Below, piece after piece: positions 9,511 to 18,966 of a stretch of 64,000 nucleotides of DNA; the first letter of the stretch is position 1; every line of letters starts with the position of its first letter. The notes below the pieces were generated by a model. It was not told the DNA's origin. It made no database searches and was given only the letters and a program-made list of their open reading frames with translations. The DNA is from Alphaproteobacteria bacterium (GTDB lineage Bacteria > Pseudomonadota > Alphaproteobacteria > RF32 > CAG-239): the NCBI GenBank assembly GCA_045639065.1, contig JAZUCK010000003.1, positions 31,900 to 95,899 of the forward strand, given 5' to 3'. Position numbers and translations under genes: made by a program.

Positions 9511-12500
9511 CCTTATCTCCAAAATATTCTTCCCATAAATCTTTTACTGAATTAGGGCTGAGAGCTGATAACGGATTGATGTCAATTACCGGCTCATCAA
9601 TATTTCCGGCTATTTGATAATTTACCGCAAATATAGTACCGTCTTTGCCACTTAATAATGTACCGACAAGAGGTATTTTACCTAAGAATGTATTTAATCC
9701 ATATGCCGGTGCAACTAATCCTCTGATATCAAATTCCTGATATTTTAAATTATAGGCACCATTTAAGGATATTCCGATAACATTACCAAAAGCTTTGGCA
9801 TCTTTTAATATAAACGTTGATGATTTATATTCAAACGGAGCATCAAAGTGAGTAAAAGCTATTCCATCTCCGGAAAGCATATCAACAATTCCTGTAAAGG
9901 AGGCTAAGGTTAACAATTTTGCAAATATATTAGTTTTTACAAGATTGAAATTTCTTGCTTTGGCATGACCGATAAAGTTTTTATCTGCAGTTCGTTTTCC
10001 TTTAATACTTAAATTTCCTCCACGCATATAATCATATAGCCTTAAGAATCTTAGTGTTTTTCCGGCATCATTACTTTCAACATCCAACAAATATTCATTA
10101 TTTTGACGTGGTATATAATCTAGTTTTAAGTACAATTTGCGTTTGGGGTCTTTTTTATTAGGCTTAAAGTTTCCCACCAAGTGCATTTCTTCAATACCGG
10201 TCTTATTTAATATTTTGGCCGACCCGGCAAAATTTCTGATAGAAACTTTATCGTTAGTCCAAAGCTTATCAACGGCAATATTTATATTAGCAGATGGCGT
10301 ATTTTCCCATATATTTTCATCTTCATCTGTAACCGGTTTATCCTTAAGAGACGCTCTGCGTTTTCGATTTTCTTCTACATCATCTTCATCTCTGGCAAAA
10401 AAGTCAGATAAATCATAAGTTGACCCTGAAACAATAATTTTAATAGTATCTTCTTTTTGATTGCTAAAATCAATTTTAGCTTTGGCATTGGTTTTTGGTC
10501 CTTTGATGCTTTTTATATCAATTACTTTAATATTTCCTTTGTCGTCAAAACTGACCTCTCCATTTAATTTGAAATCAGGTTTAGAAAGAGAAAATTGTGG
10601 TATTGATGATATTTGCGAATCATCAATATTTATTTGAGCTATTACTTCACCATTAGTTTTAGCTTTTTTCTCAAAACCAAAAAATCCGTAATTAATATTG
10701 GTATCTCGCAAATCGCCATGAACGTCGACAACAGTTCTTTTATCAGGATATACTGTTATTATCGCTTTTGTAGGTATTGTTCCTTTTATATATGGTGAAG
10801 TCAAAATAGCACTGTTAAGCCCAAGTTTTTGCTTTAAGTTGTCATCAAAACTAAAACTTATTTGATAGCGACGCTGATAATCTTTAGCTTCAAAATTTTC
10901 ATTCCAAATCAAATTTAGCGGTAAATCATCTATATTTGCCACACCGGATATATTCATTTCTTTATTATTTAGATTAAAGTTAATAGTTTTAGCCTCAAAT
11001 GACTTATCCTTTATGGCATCTTTTATTTGTATATCATTAAGTTGGGCATTAACATTTACTTCTATGTTGTTTGGATCGAGATCTTGTCTTAATTCAAAAG
11101 CCAACATCAAATCTGCTGTAGCACTACCCTTTATAATATCTGGATTTATGCCAAGCTCAGTTGTATACCCCAAAGGTTCATGATCTATAAGTTTTAAAAT
11201 ATCAGGGATTGTACCTGTTGCATTAAGTTCTAATTTTAAGAAATTATCCTCTTTGTTTAAGTCATATAAATCTACATAACCGTAGTTTAATACAACATCA
11301 TCTGATTTCGCTTTATTTAGATCAATTCTGATATTTCTCTCGCTAAAATGTGCCTTACCATATATATTGCTTACCTTTGGCATTGTTTCCAAATAAGTTA
11401 AATTACCGTCTTCAATATCTGCATTACCGGACAAACTGTCAAAAGCTATTGCTTTACGTCTTTTATCATAAGCAAAATTAAATGCAAAATCGCCATTTTT
11501 TATTTTTCCGCCGAATAAGTTCTCTTTACACCAAGTCCATGCTTTGCTACCAAAATATTTTGGCCAAAATCGGCTTAGTTTATCGGTTTCGAGTTCAGGA
11601 ACTTTTGCCGTAAGTTTAATTTTTAAGTTTTCTTTCTTGGAATTGATGAGCCAATCTTTTAACCCCTCTATATTAAGACCTAAAGTTGCATTTTGATTAT
11701 CCAAATTTAGTCTGGCATCAGTAATTTTTATATGCTCCAGATCGCCATTTAATTCACCTTTTAGTATTAGCCCGGAAATATCATAGGCATAATTTTCGTC
11801 ATTAGCAAATTTGATTGTTCCTTTTTCTCCATTTAGCTCAAAAACAATCTTATCTATAATTTTAGAACTGTTACCTATAATATCACTTTTGAATTTTGAC
11901 AGATTATTGAAATTGAAGATAGTAGTTATATTTCCATGTAACGGAATATTTATATTGTTAAATTCTTTTGATGCCTCGTTCGGAGTAATAATATCCAACA
12001 ATTCGGCAGGTATCAAATCAGAAAAGTAAAAACCGAGCTGAGCTTGAGATTTTTTATAGTTATACTCAATATTCAGACCTAACGATGAAGTTGATGTAGA
12101 AAACGGCATCAATGCATTTATTTCTGTTTTTAGATTGAGCATACCTCGGTTAAAATGATAATTAACATCACTAAATTGCCATTTTTTACCAAAATCAACC
12201 TCCATAACTTCAACATCGGCATGAGTTATATTTATATTGTTGATATAGCTTTCGGGATAGATATTGTCTTCCGAATTGAATCTATCCCAAAATTGTGAAG
12301 CCACATCAAAATAATACTCAAGTTTTTTCTGATTTATTTCTGTATTTGATTTTTTATCTTTGAGATTGTATTTATTGTATACATATATTTTCGGATGATC
12401 GATATCTATACTGCTTGGGGCAATTACACCTCTTAATAATGCTTTTATACTAAAGGATAATGCTACTTTTGGTGCCGTTATAGTAATAGCATTTTCTTTT

Positions 12501-12757
12501 TTATATACAACATTGCCGGCAATTATTCTTAGCGGTTGAACCGAACGTACAAGCTCTAAATATACGCCGTCTAATGTTACCTGATAATCAGTATCATCGT
12601 GATTTAGTGCTTTTATGATGTATGGTTTTAAAAACGGTATAGCTATTGAACCGCGATATAATTGCCATATAAACAGCAACAACCCTACCAGTAATATCAC
12701 ACCGGCAAAGTCAGCTATTTTTCTGATAGCATAATTTCGGTTACTTATTTTTTTCAT
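9500..12757 (-). CDS. AsmA-like / YhdP (DUF3971) bridge-like lipid transfer protein
   Basis: N-terminal TM anchor, long beta-rich body, C-terminal AsmA_2-like segment GLVAPAYGLNTFLGKIPLVG...INPLSALSP. Confidence 0.85.
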   Translation of the reverse strand: MKKISNRNYAIRKIADFAGVILLVGLLLFIWQLYRGSIAIPFLKPYIIKALNHDDTDYQVTLDGVYLELVRSVQPLRIIAGNVVYKKENAITITAPKVALSFSIKALLRGVIAPSSIDIDHPKIYVYNKYNLKDKKSNTEINQKKLEYYFDVASQFWDRFNSEDNIYPESYINNINITHADVEVMEVDFGKKWQFSDVNYHFNRGMLNLKTEINALMPFSTSTSSLGLNIEYNYKKSQAQLGFYFSDLIPAELLDIITPNEASKEFNNINIPLHGNITTIFNFNNLSKFKSDIIGNSSKIIDKIVFELNGEKGTIKFANDENYAYDISGLILKGELNGDLEHIKITDARLNLDNQNATLGLNIEGLKDWLINSKKENLKIKLTAKVPELETDKLSRFWPKYFGSKAWTWCKENLFGGKIKNGDFAFNFAYDKRRKAIAFDSLSGNADIEDGNLTYLETMPKVSNIYGKAHFSERNIRIDLNKAKSDDVVLNYGYVDLYDLNKEDNFLKLELNATGTIPDILKLIDHEPLGYTTELGINPDIIKGSATADLMLAFELRQDLDPNNIEVNVNAQLNDIQIKDAIKDKSFEAKTINFNLNNKEMNISGVANIDDLPLNLIWNENFEAKDYQRRYQISFSFDDNLKQKLGLNSAILTSPYIKGTIPTKAIITVYPDKRTVVDVHGDLRDTNINYGFFGFEKKAKTNGEVIAQINIDDSQISSIPQFSLSKPDFKLNGEVSFDDKGNIKVIDIKSIKGPKTNAKAKIDFSNQKEDTIKIIVSGSTYDLSDFFARDEDDVEENRKRRASLKDKPVTDEDENIWENTPSANINIAVDKLWTNDKVSIRNFAGSAKILNKTGIEEMHLVGNFKPNKKDPKRKLYLKLDYIPRQNNEYLLDVESNDAGKTLRFLRLYDYMRGGNLSIKGKRTADKNFIGHAKARNFNLVKTNIFAKLLTLASFTGIVDMLSGDGIAFTHFDAPFEYKSSTFILKDAKAFGNVIGISLNGAYNLKYQEFDIRGLVAPAYGLNTFLGKIPLVGTLLSGKDGTIFAVNYQIAGNIDEPVIDINPLSALSPNSVKDLWEEYFGDKDEK

Positions 12758-13577
12758 TAGCCCTCAACCAATCATTTATATCTCGCCAATTTCGATAATT
12801 ATATAAGTTGGAATGGGATGCTCCTTGGTATATAATCATTTTTTTAGGTTCGTTTGCTTGTTTGTATAGTTCTTGAGCTCTTTCAATCGGAACTACCGTG
12901 TCATCTGATGCTCCCATAATCAATATAGGTAAATTTAATTGTGATATTTTTTGCGTATTATCATATTTGTCTTTGATTATGTATGAAAAAGGAAATAAAT
13001 CGGGAATACGTTGTTTGACGACATCTAACAAGCTATCAAACGGAACTTCTAAAATAAGTCCGGCAAATGCTTCGTTTTTACACAAACTATAAGCCGTATG
13101 AGTTGAGGTATAACTGCCTAATGACATACCGTATAAAATTATATTTTTATTTGAGTAACCTTGAGAATAAAGATATTTAACGGCAGAAATTGCATCTTCT
13201 CCCAAATTTTTTTCATTTATTTTGCCTTTAATACCACCAAATCCTCTGTATTCACCGATAAAAGCTCCATACCCTGCTTCAACAAGCGGAGTTAACTTAT
13301 GATAAAAACTTTCGATATTATAAGAGTTTCCATGAAAAAATACGACTATTTTGTTGTTTTGGGGCTTTATGAACCAGCCATATAACTCAGTATCATCATA
13401 AGAATTATATTTTACTTCTTCAGCTGTAAAGTCATTAGACAGAGCATTTTTTAAGTCGGCTTTTTCTGATGACGGATTATAAAAATAAAGTTCAGGTAAA
13501 AAATACACGCTTGCACAAAAAGTAACCCAAGATGTCAATATTACTGCAACAAATATTTTGATGACTTTCTTAAGCAT
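12741..13577 (-). CDS. alpha/beta hydrolase (ABHD-like) with N-terminal TM
   Basis: FFHGN, EYRGFG, GMSLG nucleophile elbow, D..VP, ASH. Confidence 0.9.
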   Translation of the reverse strand: MLKKVIKIFVAVILTSWVTFCASVYFLPELYFYNPSSEKADLKNALSNDFTAEEVKYNSYDDTELYGWFIKPQNNKIVVFFHGNSYNIESFYHKLTPLVEAGYGAFIGEYRGFGGIKGKINEKNLGEDAISAVKYLYSQGYSNKNIILYGMSLGSYTSTHTAYSLCKNEAFAGLILEVPFDSLLDVVKQRIPDLFPFSYIIKDKYDNTQKISQLNLPILIMGASDDTVVPIERAQELYKQANEPKKMIIYQGASHSNLYNYRNWRDINDWLRANEKNK

Positions 13578-14680
13578 CGACGCCCCCTAATTTATCAGCT
13601 AATGCGGCAGACAAAAACAAATCTATATCTCCGTCCAACACAGCTTTTGTATCAGATGTTTCAACGTCGGTACGTAAATCTTTTACCATTTTATATGGTT
13701 GTAAAACATAAGAACGAATTTGATATCCCCAACCATTATCCCCTTGATTGTCACGTTGTTCTTCAGCTTTTGCTTCTCTCTTTTTTAGTTCTATTTCATA
13801 TAGGCGAGCTTTTAACATATTCCATGCAGCTTCACGATTTTGAAATTGAGAACGCTGGTTTTGACATTGAACTACAATACCTGTGGGTTGGTGTGTAATT
13901 CGGACTGCAGAATCTGTTTTGTTAATATGCTGACCACCGGCTCCAGATGCACGATATGTATCAACACGACAATCTGATTCATTTATGGTTATTTCGATAT
14001 TATCATCAATTACGGGATATATTCCGACTGATGCAAAACTGGTGTGACGACGTGCATTACTGTCAAATGGCGAAATTCTAACCAAGCGATGAACTCCGCT
14101 TTCTGATTTTAACCAACCATATGCGTTATGTCCGCATATTTTTACCGTTGCTGATTTTATGCCTGCAACGTCGCCTTCGGTTTCTTCAACGTATTCAACT
14201 TTATATTTATGCGCTTCGGCCCAACGAGTATACATTCTAAGTAACATCTCCGCCCAATCTTGAGCCTCAGTTCCTCCCGATCCGGAATGAACTTCCAGAA
14301 AGGCATCATTACCGTCAACCTCTCCCGATAATAAAGCTTCAAGCTCGGCGTGTTTTACTTCGGATTGTAAATCGGTAAGTTGTGATAATATTTCATCAAG
14401 TGCTTCTTCGTCATTATCGACTTCGGCCAGTTCGGCTAATTCATTTAAATCAATTTTAGATTGCAATGAATTATTATATTTATTTATTGCTTCTTCTAAG
14501 TTATTTTTTTCTCGGGTTAGCTTTTGCGCTTTATTTGGATCTGACCATAAGTTTGAATCTGAAATTAAGCTCTCTAACTCTGACAAACGTAAGCACGCAT
14601 TATCATAGTCAAAGAGACCTCCTCAGCAATTCTAATGATTGCTCTATTTGCTGTAATTTTTCATATATATCGGAACGCAT
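13570..14680 (-). CDS. prfB: peptide chain release factor 2, with +1 programmed ribosomal frameshift
   Basis: SPF and GGQ motifs; true start ATG at 14680 (AAGGAG RBS) gives [23 protein letters not shown], then CTT-TGA-C shifts into the long frame. Confidence 0.97.
14608..14623 (-). promoter_or_regulatory. prfB frameshift signal (internal SD + slippery CUU-UGA-C)
   Basis: Minus strand reads AGGAGG-TCT-CTT-TGA-C, the canonical RF2 autoregulatory site. Confidence 0.95.
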
Positions 14681-14691
14681 ACGGTTTCTCC

Positions 14692-17166
14692 TTAGTATTC
14701 GCCACCTAATTGAATTTCATCTTCACTCGTGTCTTCATAGGTAATCGGAGAAATATTTTGAGACGAACTATCATCAATAACTGTATTATTTTCCTGACCT
14801 ATGACTTTTTGTTTAGCTTTTCTTAGAGCCATTTCAGGCTTTAAGGCTTCCCATATAACAACATCATCTGCCGGTGTCGCCGGCTTACCGGTTTTGTGAT
14901 TTATTCTTACCAATTTTATACCGCTGGGAATTCTGAAAGGTACATCTGCATATTCAGTCATGGCTTGTTGCATAAAATCGTAGAATATCGGCAAAGCGGC
15001 AGCAGCACCTGTTTCATATTTACCCAAGGTTTTCGGACTATCAAAACCAACATATACAGCAACAACCAAATCAGGTGAGAATCCGACAAACCATGCATCT
15101 TGGTTTTTGTTTGTCGTACCAGTTTTTCCGGCTAAGTGTTTACCAAGAGATCGTAATCTTGCGCCTGTACCATGTTGAACTACACCTTCTAAAATAGATA
15201 CCATTTGATAAGCACTCAAAGGATCGATTATTTGTTCTCTATTATCTGATAACTCCGGAACAGCTTGATTATTCCACTTTTCGACAGTGCAATCAGGACA
15301 TTCTCTGGTATCGTGTCTATAAATTGTTGTTCCTTTTCTGTTTTGAATACGCTCTATCAAATACGGTTCAACTTTTTTACCTCCGTTTACCATCATAGAG
15401 TAAGCTGAAACCATATTTATCAACTTAGTTTCACCGGCGCCCAAAGACATCGATAAAAGCTGAGGTAAATCAGGATTAACTCCCATTTTTTTAGCCATTG
15501 CGGCAACTTTATCCATGCCGACATCTTGAGCCAAGCGAACAGTCATAAGGTTACGCGATTTTTCGATACCTTGGCGAAGGGTCATAAGACCATAAAATTT
15601 CTTTGAATAGTTTACTGGTTTCCATAAAGGTTGCCCAAAACCTTGATCTAAAACAAATGGTGCATCCAATATCAAATCTGTCGGCTCATAACCGTTTTCC
15701 AGCGCAGTTAAGTAAACTATGGGCTTAAATGATGAGCCTGTTTGTCTTTTGGCTTGAGTTGCTCGGTTATATTGTGATTTTTGAAAAGAATATCCGCCAA
15801 CCATAGCTTCTATTTTACCTGTGTGCGGATTCATTGCAATCAATGCACCTTCAACATTAGGAATTTGACGCAAATAATAGCTATTCTTAGGCATTTTTCT
15901 TTCTTTAGTATCTTTTTCGGCAATTTGTTCAACAAGGATAACATCGCCTTTATTTAATACTTCAGATACTTTTTTAGGTTGACCGCCTATTGATTGATTT
16001 TTAAGATTCTTTCTTGCCCAAGCCAAAACCAACAAAGGAATCTCGCCTTTTTCCTTATTTTTCAGCAAAATTTCAGCTTTATCATTTGCAACCTCTGTTA
16101 CAACGGCTATCTGCCAATTGTCTTTACTTCCTCCAGGTAAATTTATTGTATCAAGAGTTGCTTGCAGATTATCGTCCAGAGGAATATTCTGCAAAGCACC
16201 TCTCCAACCATGACGCTTGTCATAGTTTTCAATTTCTTTGGCAAATGACTTAGTTGCATATTCTTGTAATTTGGGGTTTAAGGTTGTTCTTATCAGCAAA
16301 CCGCCTTCATATAACGCATCTTCTCCAAATTCTTTTTTAACTTGGCGGCGCACATCCTCACTGAAATATTGCGAATATCGTACTAATTCATCTTTATCAT
16401 TTACTACGACCAACGGTTTATTTTTGGCTTCTTCAGCTTCTTCTTCGCTGACATATCCGTCTTCTCTCATTCTATCAATAACCCAATTTCTGCGAGCAAC
16501 GGCGGCATCATACTTTGTTTTTGGGTTGTAATTATTCGGGCCTTTTGGAAGTGCTGCCATATATGCAATTTCTTCTAAAGTAAGTTCATCTAACGATTTA
16601 TTAAAATAATTTATTGCAGCGGCAGCAACACCATAAGCACGATTACCCAAATAAATTTCATTTAGGTACAGTTCTAAGATATGTTTTTTGGTAAAAGATT
16701 GCTCAATTCTTATAGCTAAAAGAGCCTCTTTTATTTTGCGCTTATATGAAAGCTCCGATGAAAGCAAAAAGTTTTTGGCAACTTGCTGTGTAATGGTTGA
16801 TGCACCTGTCGGACGTCGTCCGCTTCCTAAATTTTTGATATTAACCAAAATTGCACGAGTAATACCGGCAAAATCGATACCAAAATGCGAATAAAAGTTT
16901 TTATCTTCGGCTGATATAAATGCCTGTTTTACACGTTCGGGAATTTTTTCTTCGGGTACAAATAAACGTTTTTCGGCAGCATATTCAGCCATAAGCTGTC
17001 CATCGCCGGCATATAATCTGGTAGTTACTTTGGGTTCATATTTTTCTAATTGTCTATATTCCGGCAATTCTTGCGAAATTTGCCAAACAGAAGTTATAAC
17101 TATGATAAAAGCTATAACTGCAAAAAAGAAACACGCACTTAAAAATGACGAAATTGATTTTAACAT
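14692..17166 (-). CDS. mrcA: penicillin-binding protein 1A (bifunctional transglycosylase/transpeptidase)
   Basis: EDKNFY, GASTITQQVAKN, RKIKE; SSFK, SRN and KTG transpeptidase motifs. Confidence 0.95.
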   Translation of the reverse strand: MLKSISSFLSACFFFAVIAFIIVITSVWQISQELPEYRQLEKYEPKVTTRLYAGDGQLMAEYAAEKRLFVPEEKIPERVKQAFISAEDKNFYSHFGIDFAGITRAILVNIKNLGSGRRPTGASTITQQVAKNFLLSSELSYKRKIKEALLAIRIEQSFTKKHILELYLNEIYLGNRAYGVAAAAINYFNKSLDELTLEEIAYMAALPKGPNNYNPKTKYDAAVARRNWVIDRMREDGYVSEEEAEEAKNKPLVVVNDKDELVRYSQYFSEDVRRQVKKEFGEDALYEGGLLIRTTLNPKLQEYATKSFAKEIENYDKRHGWRGALQNIPLDDNLQATLDTINLPGGSKDNWQIAVVTEVANDKAEILLKNKEKGEIPLLVLAWARKNLKNQSIGGQPKKVSEVLNKGDVILVEQIAEKDTKERKMPKNSYYLRQIPNVEGALIAMNPHTGKIEAMVGGYSFQKSQYNRATQAKRQTGSSFKPIVYLTALENGYEPTDLILDAPFVLDQGFGQPLWKPVNYSKKFYGLMTLRQGIEKSRNLMTVRLAQDVGMDKVAAMAKKMGVNPDLPQLLSMSLGAGETKLINMVSAYSMMVNGGKKVEPYLIERIQNRKGTTIYRHDTRECPDCTVEKWNNQAVPELSDNREQIIDPLSAYQMVSILEGVVQHGTGARLRSLGKHLAGKTGTTNKNQDAWFVGFSPDLVVAVYVGFDSPKTLGKYETGAAAALPIFYDFMQQAMTEYADVPFRIPSGIKLVRINHKTGKPATPADDVVIWEALKPEMALRKAKQKVIGQENNTVIDDSSSQNISPITYEDTSEDEIQLGGEY

Positions 17167-17237
17167 ACCCTAAGACCACTCAAAAATCATTATTTTCAGT
17201 CTTATGTTTTAATCAAAAAATATCACGCTGTCAAATA

Positions 17238-18464
17238 CTAATGCTTTGGGTTTTGGAAAAATTTATTTACGGCTTTTAATGTTGCCTGAGATAATTTTTT
17301 ACGATATTTTTTTTGACGTAATTTTTTTTCTTCATCAGGGTTAGAAAGATAACCTAATTCAAGCAAAACAGAAGGAACATCAGGAGCTTTCAAAACGGCA
17401 AATCCGGCAAAACGATGGGTATTACTGACGGTTTTTACTATTTTTGACATTTCAGAACTTAATAAGTTTGCAAATTCTGAAGATGAATTGTTCGTTTCTC
17501 TTTGAGCTAAATTGAGTAAAATATCGCTAACTTCTTTAGTATGATCGGCAAAATTTAAGCCGGCAACAATATCTGCTTTATTTTCTTTTTCAGCTAAAGC
17601 TGCGGCCTCTTTATCCGACGCTGTTTCGGATAATGTGTATACAGACAAACCTTTTGCCTTGCGATTCCTGGCAGAATCGGCATGAACCGATATAAACAAA
17701 TCGGCATCATATTTACGAGCAATTTTTACTCTGTCACGCAACGGGATAAAAATATCTCGATTTCTGGTTAAATATACTTTGTATTTAGAATTTTTATCCA
17801 ATTCCTCTTTCAGTTCTTTAGCCATTTCTAATGTGATTTTTTTCTCATAGGTTCCTTTATAGCCGATTGCACCGGGATCAACACCTCCGTGACCGGCATC
17901 AATAACGATTATCTTACGTTTACTTTGCTGTGTAGGCGCTACTTTTTTAGTTTCCACATTTGCCTTTGGTAAAATTTCGCCTTTGCTAAAAGAATCGCTG
18001 CTTTGAGAATTTGCGCTTCCGAGTTTTGCTAAGAAATCACGTTCGGTTGTTGCTTCTAAATCGATGGCAAAGCGCCAATTAAAGCCACTTTGAGGAGGAA
18101 GAACAAATGCTTTTTTTACTAATACGGGCTGTTTTAAATCAAAAGCTATGCGTACACCGTTAACTCCCGATGAGCCAACTCTCACATTCTCTAAAAACAC
18201 ATTTTCATCTTTATTTTTAGAGATATTTTGCGAAACTTCGATACCCTTGACATCAATAACCAAACGATTAGGCTCACTTAGGGTAAAAACTTTATAATCA
18301 AACTCAGAATCGGCCTCAAAAACGACACGAACATTTCCAACTCCCTGCCCTATACGCAGATTATTGATTTTTCCGGCAAAAGCGTTTGTAGCAATAAAAC
18401 AAAGCGCTACGACTGCAAATGTCAGTCGCATCAGAGCTTTGGTATATTGACACAATTTTATCAT
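17238..18464 (-). CDS. amiC: N-acetylmuramoyl-L-alanine amidase (AMIN + Amidase_3)
   Basis: IDAGHGGVDPGA, EK, SVHAD, FAVLKAPDVPSVLLELGYLSN; start ATG at 18464 after GGAG. Confidence 0.93.
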   Translation of the reverse strand: MIKLCQYTKALMRLTFAVVALCFIATNAFAGKINNLRIGQGVGNVRVVFEADSEFDYKVFTLSEPNRLVIDVKGIEVSQNISKNKDENVFLENVRVGSSGVNGVRIAFDLKQPVLVKKAFVLPPQSGFNWRFAIDLEATTERDFLAKLGSANSQSSDSFSKGEILPKANVETKKVAPTQQSKRKIIVIDAGHGGVDPGAIGYKGTYEKKITLEMAKELKEELDKNSKYKVYLTRNRDIFIPLRDRVKIARKYDADLFISVHADSARNRKAKGLSVYTLSETASDKEAAALAEKENKADIVAGLNFADHTKEVSDILLNLAQRETNNSSSEFANLLSSEMSKIVKTVSNTHRFAGFAVLKAPDVPSVLLELGYLSNPDEEKKLRQKKYRKKLSQATLKAVNKFFQNPKH

Positions 18465-18723
18465 TTTTACTCCTACTATCCCATTTTGTTTAGTGTAACA
18501 AACAGTTGGTTTATAATCTGTTAAAAAAAATTGCCACAATATTAAAAAATATTGTTGAGTTTTAAATAAATCAGTATATGCTGATTGTAGTTTGTGGAGA
18601 TTTTTAGTATGGGAACAGATTTATTTTTTTAATAACTGAGGATTTTTGAATTTGTTTTGATACCGCCGTCTTTTCACTATGATCTGATGATGCACTTTGC
18701 AAGCTGAAAAAATGTATTTTTAC

Positions 18724-18914
18724 CGAGAGGTTTTTTAAAAAGTTTTATTATAACAAACCGCCAATCAATAACAATAATTAATAGGTTTGTTTACAACTTC
18801 GACCAAACGCAAATTTATATTGAACGTAAGTCGTTTGCGGTTGATAGCAAAATCAAATAAGGCGGAATCCCGCTTTTGTAATATTTGATCATATTTATCT
18901 TTTTAAACCTCCCG
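18724..18914 (+). promoter_or_regulatory. structured 5' leader of rne
   Basis: Enclosing stem GAGGTTT(TTT)AAAAAG / CTTTTTAAACCTC with internal hairpins (AACAAACC/GGTTTGTT; CAAACG/CGTTTG; AAGGCGG/CCGCTTT) upstream of rne. Confidence 0.55.
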
Positions 18915-18966
18915 AGTAGTGAAATAATGTGTCGGTTACAGGCACAATACTTTGATGGAGATTTTT

